A program made the translations under genes and the position numbers. This document shows positions 62,506 through 64,000 of a DNA stretch of 64,000 bases, piece by piece. The stretch comes from Dimorphilus gyrociliatus (Eukaryota > Animalia > Annelida): assembly GCA_904063045.1 (NCBI GenBank), contig CAJFCJ010000006.1:806001-870000 (forward strand). The letters are read 5' to 3'. Below the pieces are notes generated by a model. It saw only the letters and a list, made by a program, of their open reading frames with translations, was not told the origin of the DNA and ran no database searches. How positions within the stretch are numbered: the stretch's first letter is position 1; each line of letters begins with the position of its first letter.

Positions 62506-64000
62506 ATGTTACCAATAGTAAGTATTTTTGCGATTATTATTCTGTTTTCAGAGAATAATTAATCAACTTGATGAGAGAGAACAACTGAATATCATTTCTG
62601 ATGCTTATTAACTCAGTGATTTCAATTTCTGCTTTTGATCATCGAAATGATACATTATGAGACCACACCGCCATTTTGACAGCATTTTTAAATATCGTTA
62701 ATATTTACAGAACGGTTCATCGAGCCTGATGTCGTCGTTGAGTTTGCCTCCACCTTTGCCAAGTCAGACTCCATCCATGACGCAGTCAAAGTTATCGACA
62801 ACCGTTATGGGAAGCGGAATGACACCCTTTGGAACGCCCGGTAAATTTTGTTTGTTATTTTAAATATAATTTACACAATTTAGTCTAATATGAACGCTTA
62901 AAACTAATGAAATAAATTAATATTGAACACTTACGCTATATTTTAATATACGATTTATTATTCCAATAGATTTACATAAATTTTTATTATAGGTATTTCG
63001 GCACCTCCTCCTGTTGTACCGAATCTCATAGTTCCATCTGCTCTGCGACCAACAGCCATGCAGCAAACTTTAGGTAAAAATGCAAAACAAATGAGAATCT
63101 TTGCGAACGTTTAAAAATACGAATTAGGCTTTAATTTACAATCCTACAAAGTTTATTTGAAGACGTCTGTTGAACATGGGACATTAGCTTTAATGTTTTC
63201 TATTTTTTTCCCGATTTAATTTGATGTATACTTTTAGTAGTTCTATACAGCGTGCGTTTGTTTGTGGTTGTTCCAGTAAGAAAAGGCGATAGCAGAAGAC
63301 GTTTTCGACGAGAAGGGTGAAAAGTTATGGGGACAGACGCACGAGGCGAATGTATGCCATTGTTTGTAAACAAATTGAGTAGGCTTTATTTGGGATGTGA
63401 ATACATGTTCAAGTGCGATCAGGCTTCAATTTTCATAAAAATAATTGAACATTTTTAGAAAAAAATCGTGCTTATGTATCAACATCCAAAAAAATTGTTC
63501 ATGTCACATAACATGTGTGTTTTTTTTTGCCGTTAAAGTCGCTCCACATCGACAAAAAAACGGTCGTCTGGTAAATGGATGGTAAACCTTTTTTTATAAA
63601 CTATATAAAAAGAAAAATGTGCTTTCTTGGAAATTTTATTTACGTTTTCGTTAAACAATGAATTTCAAAACAGGCAATGTACAACTGAAACAAACGGGCG
63701 ATATTATACAGGGCTCCGGAGCGAAAAAATCGTCGAAGGATTTAGATGCGTCGAAATTGAATGTTAAACAGCAGGAAGCAATAGAAAAAGTTCGGAAGTA
63801 TGCCATGGAGCAGTCCATTAGGCAAGTTTTGGTGAAGCATACGATAGCTCAACAACAAGCTCAAATGATTCATTTTCAAGTAATTTTATTAAATATTTCT
63901 TCAAACCAAAGTTTAAACATATATTTGCAGACAACAGTTCAAAGACAACAAGCACTAGCGCTCATGTGTAGAGTGTACGTGGGTTCCTTAAGTTTTGAAA
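62506..64000 (+). CDS. PUF60: PUF60/half-pint splicing factor, 5' part (continues past the window)
   Basis: LKQTGD, QQEAIEKVRKYAMEQSIRQVLVKHT, QRQQALALMCRVYVGSLSFE (start of RRM1). First exon MLPI (62506-62517) is tentative. Confidence 0.92.

Noticed and set aside
62560-62610. TGATGA...CTGA, resembling C/D snoRNA boxes, in PUF60 intron 1
   Set aside because: The boxes are only about 35 nt apart with no terminal stem, which is too short for a C/D snoRNA.

Overview
AT-rich, very gene-dense eukaryotic (metazoan, probably lophotrochozoan) genomic DNA with short GT-AG introns, mostly about 47-70 bp. This architecture resembles compact invertebrate genomes such as the miniature annelid Dimorphilus, but the species is an inference only. 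By manual splicing I can support about 24 protein-coding genes in order: Mn-type CDF transporter (3' end runs off the window), a nested orphan GPCR, vigilin, LAMTOR5, PIERCE1/2, TMEM116-like, a nested CARD/coiled-coil orphan, DAP3, RNF41, WDR81, ARIH1, USP19-like, CBLL1/Hakai, INTS4, STX17, a truncated polycystin-1-like gene, TPGS1, a variant ionotropic receptor, RNF121, CFAP65, PRPF3, an orphan single-TM gene, TBCA and PUF60 (3' end runs off the window). LAMTOR5, PIERCE, STX17, TPGS1, PUF60 and most of TBCA are absent or nearly absent from the supplied ORF track because their exons are short. I saw no transposon ORF, CRISPR array, rRNA or tRNA. The most unusual observations are: (1) two intronless genes of about 1 kb, each nested on the same strand inside a 1.3 kb intron of a membrane-protein gene; (2) a stand-alone polycystin-1 TM1-PLAT-TM2-5 module with no ectodomain and no channel half; (3) candidate regulatory or cassette exons in PUF60 (stop then restart), ARIH1 and PIERCE. 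Exon boundaries were derived by eye and all homology calls come from recalled family motifs, not database searches.
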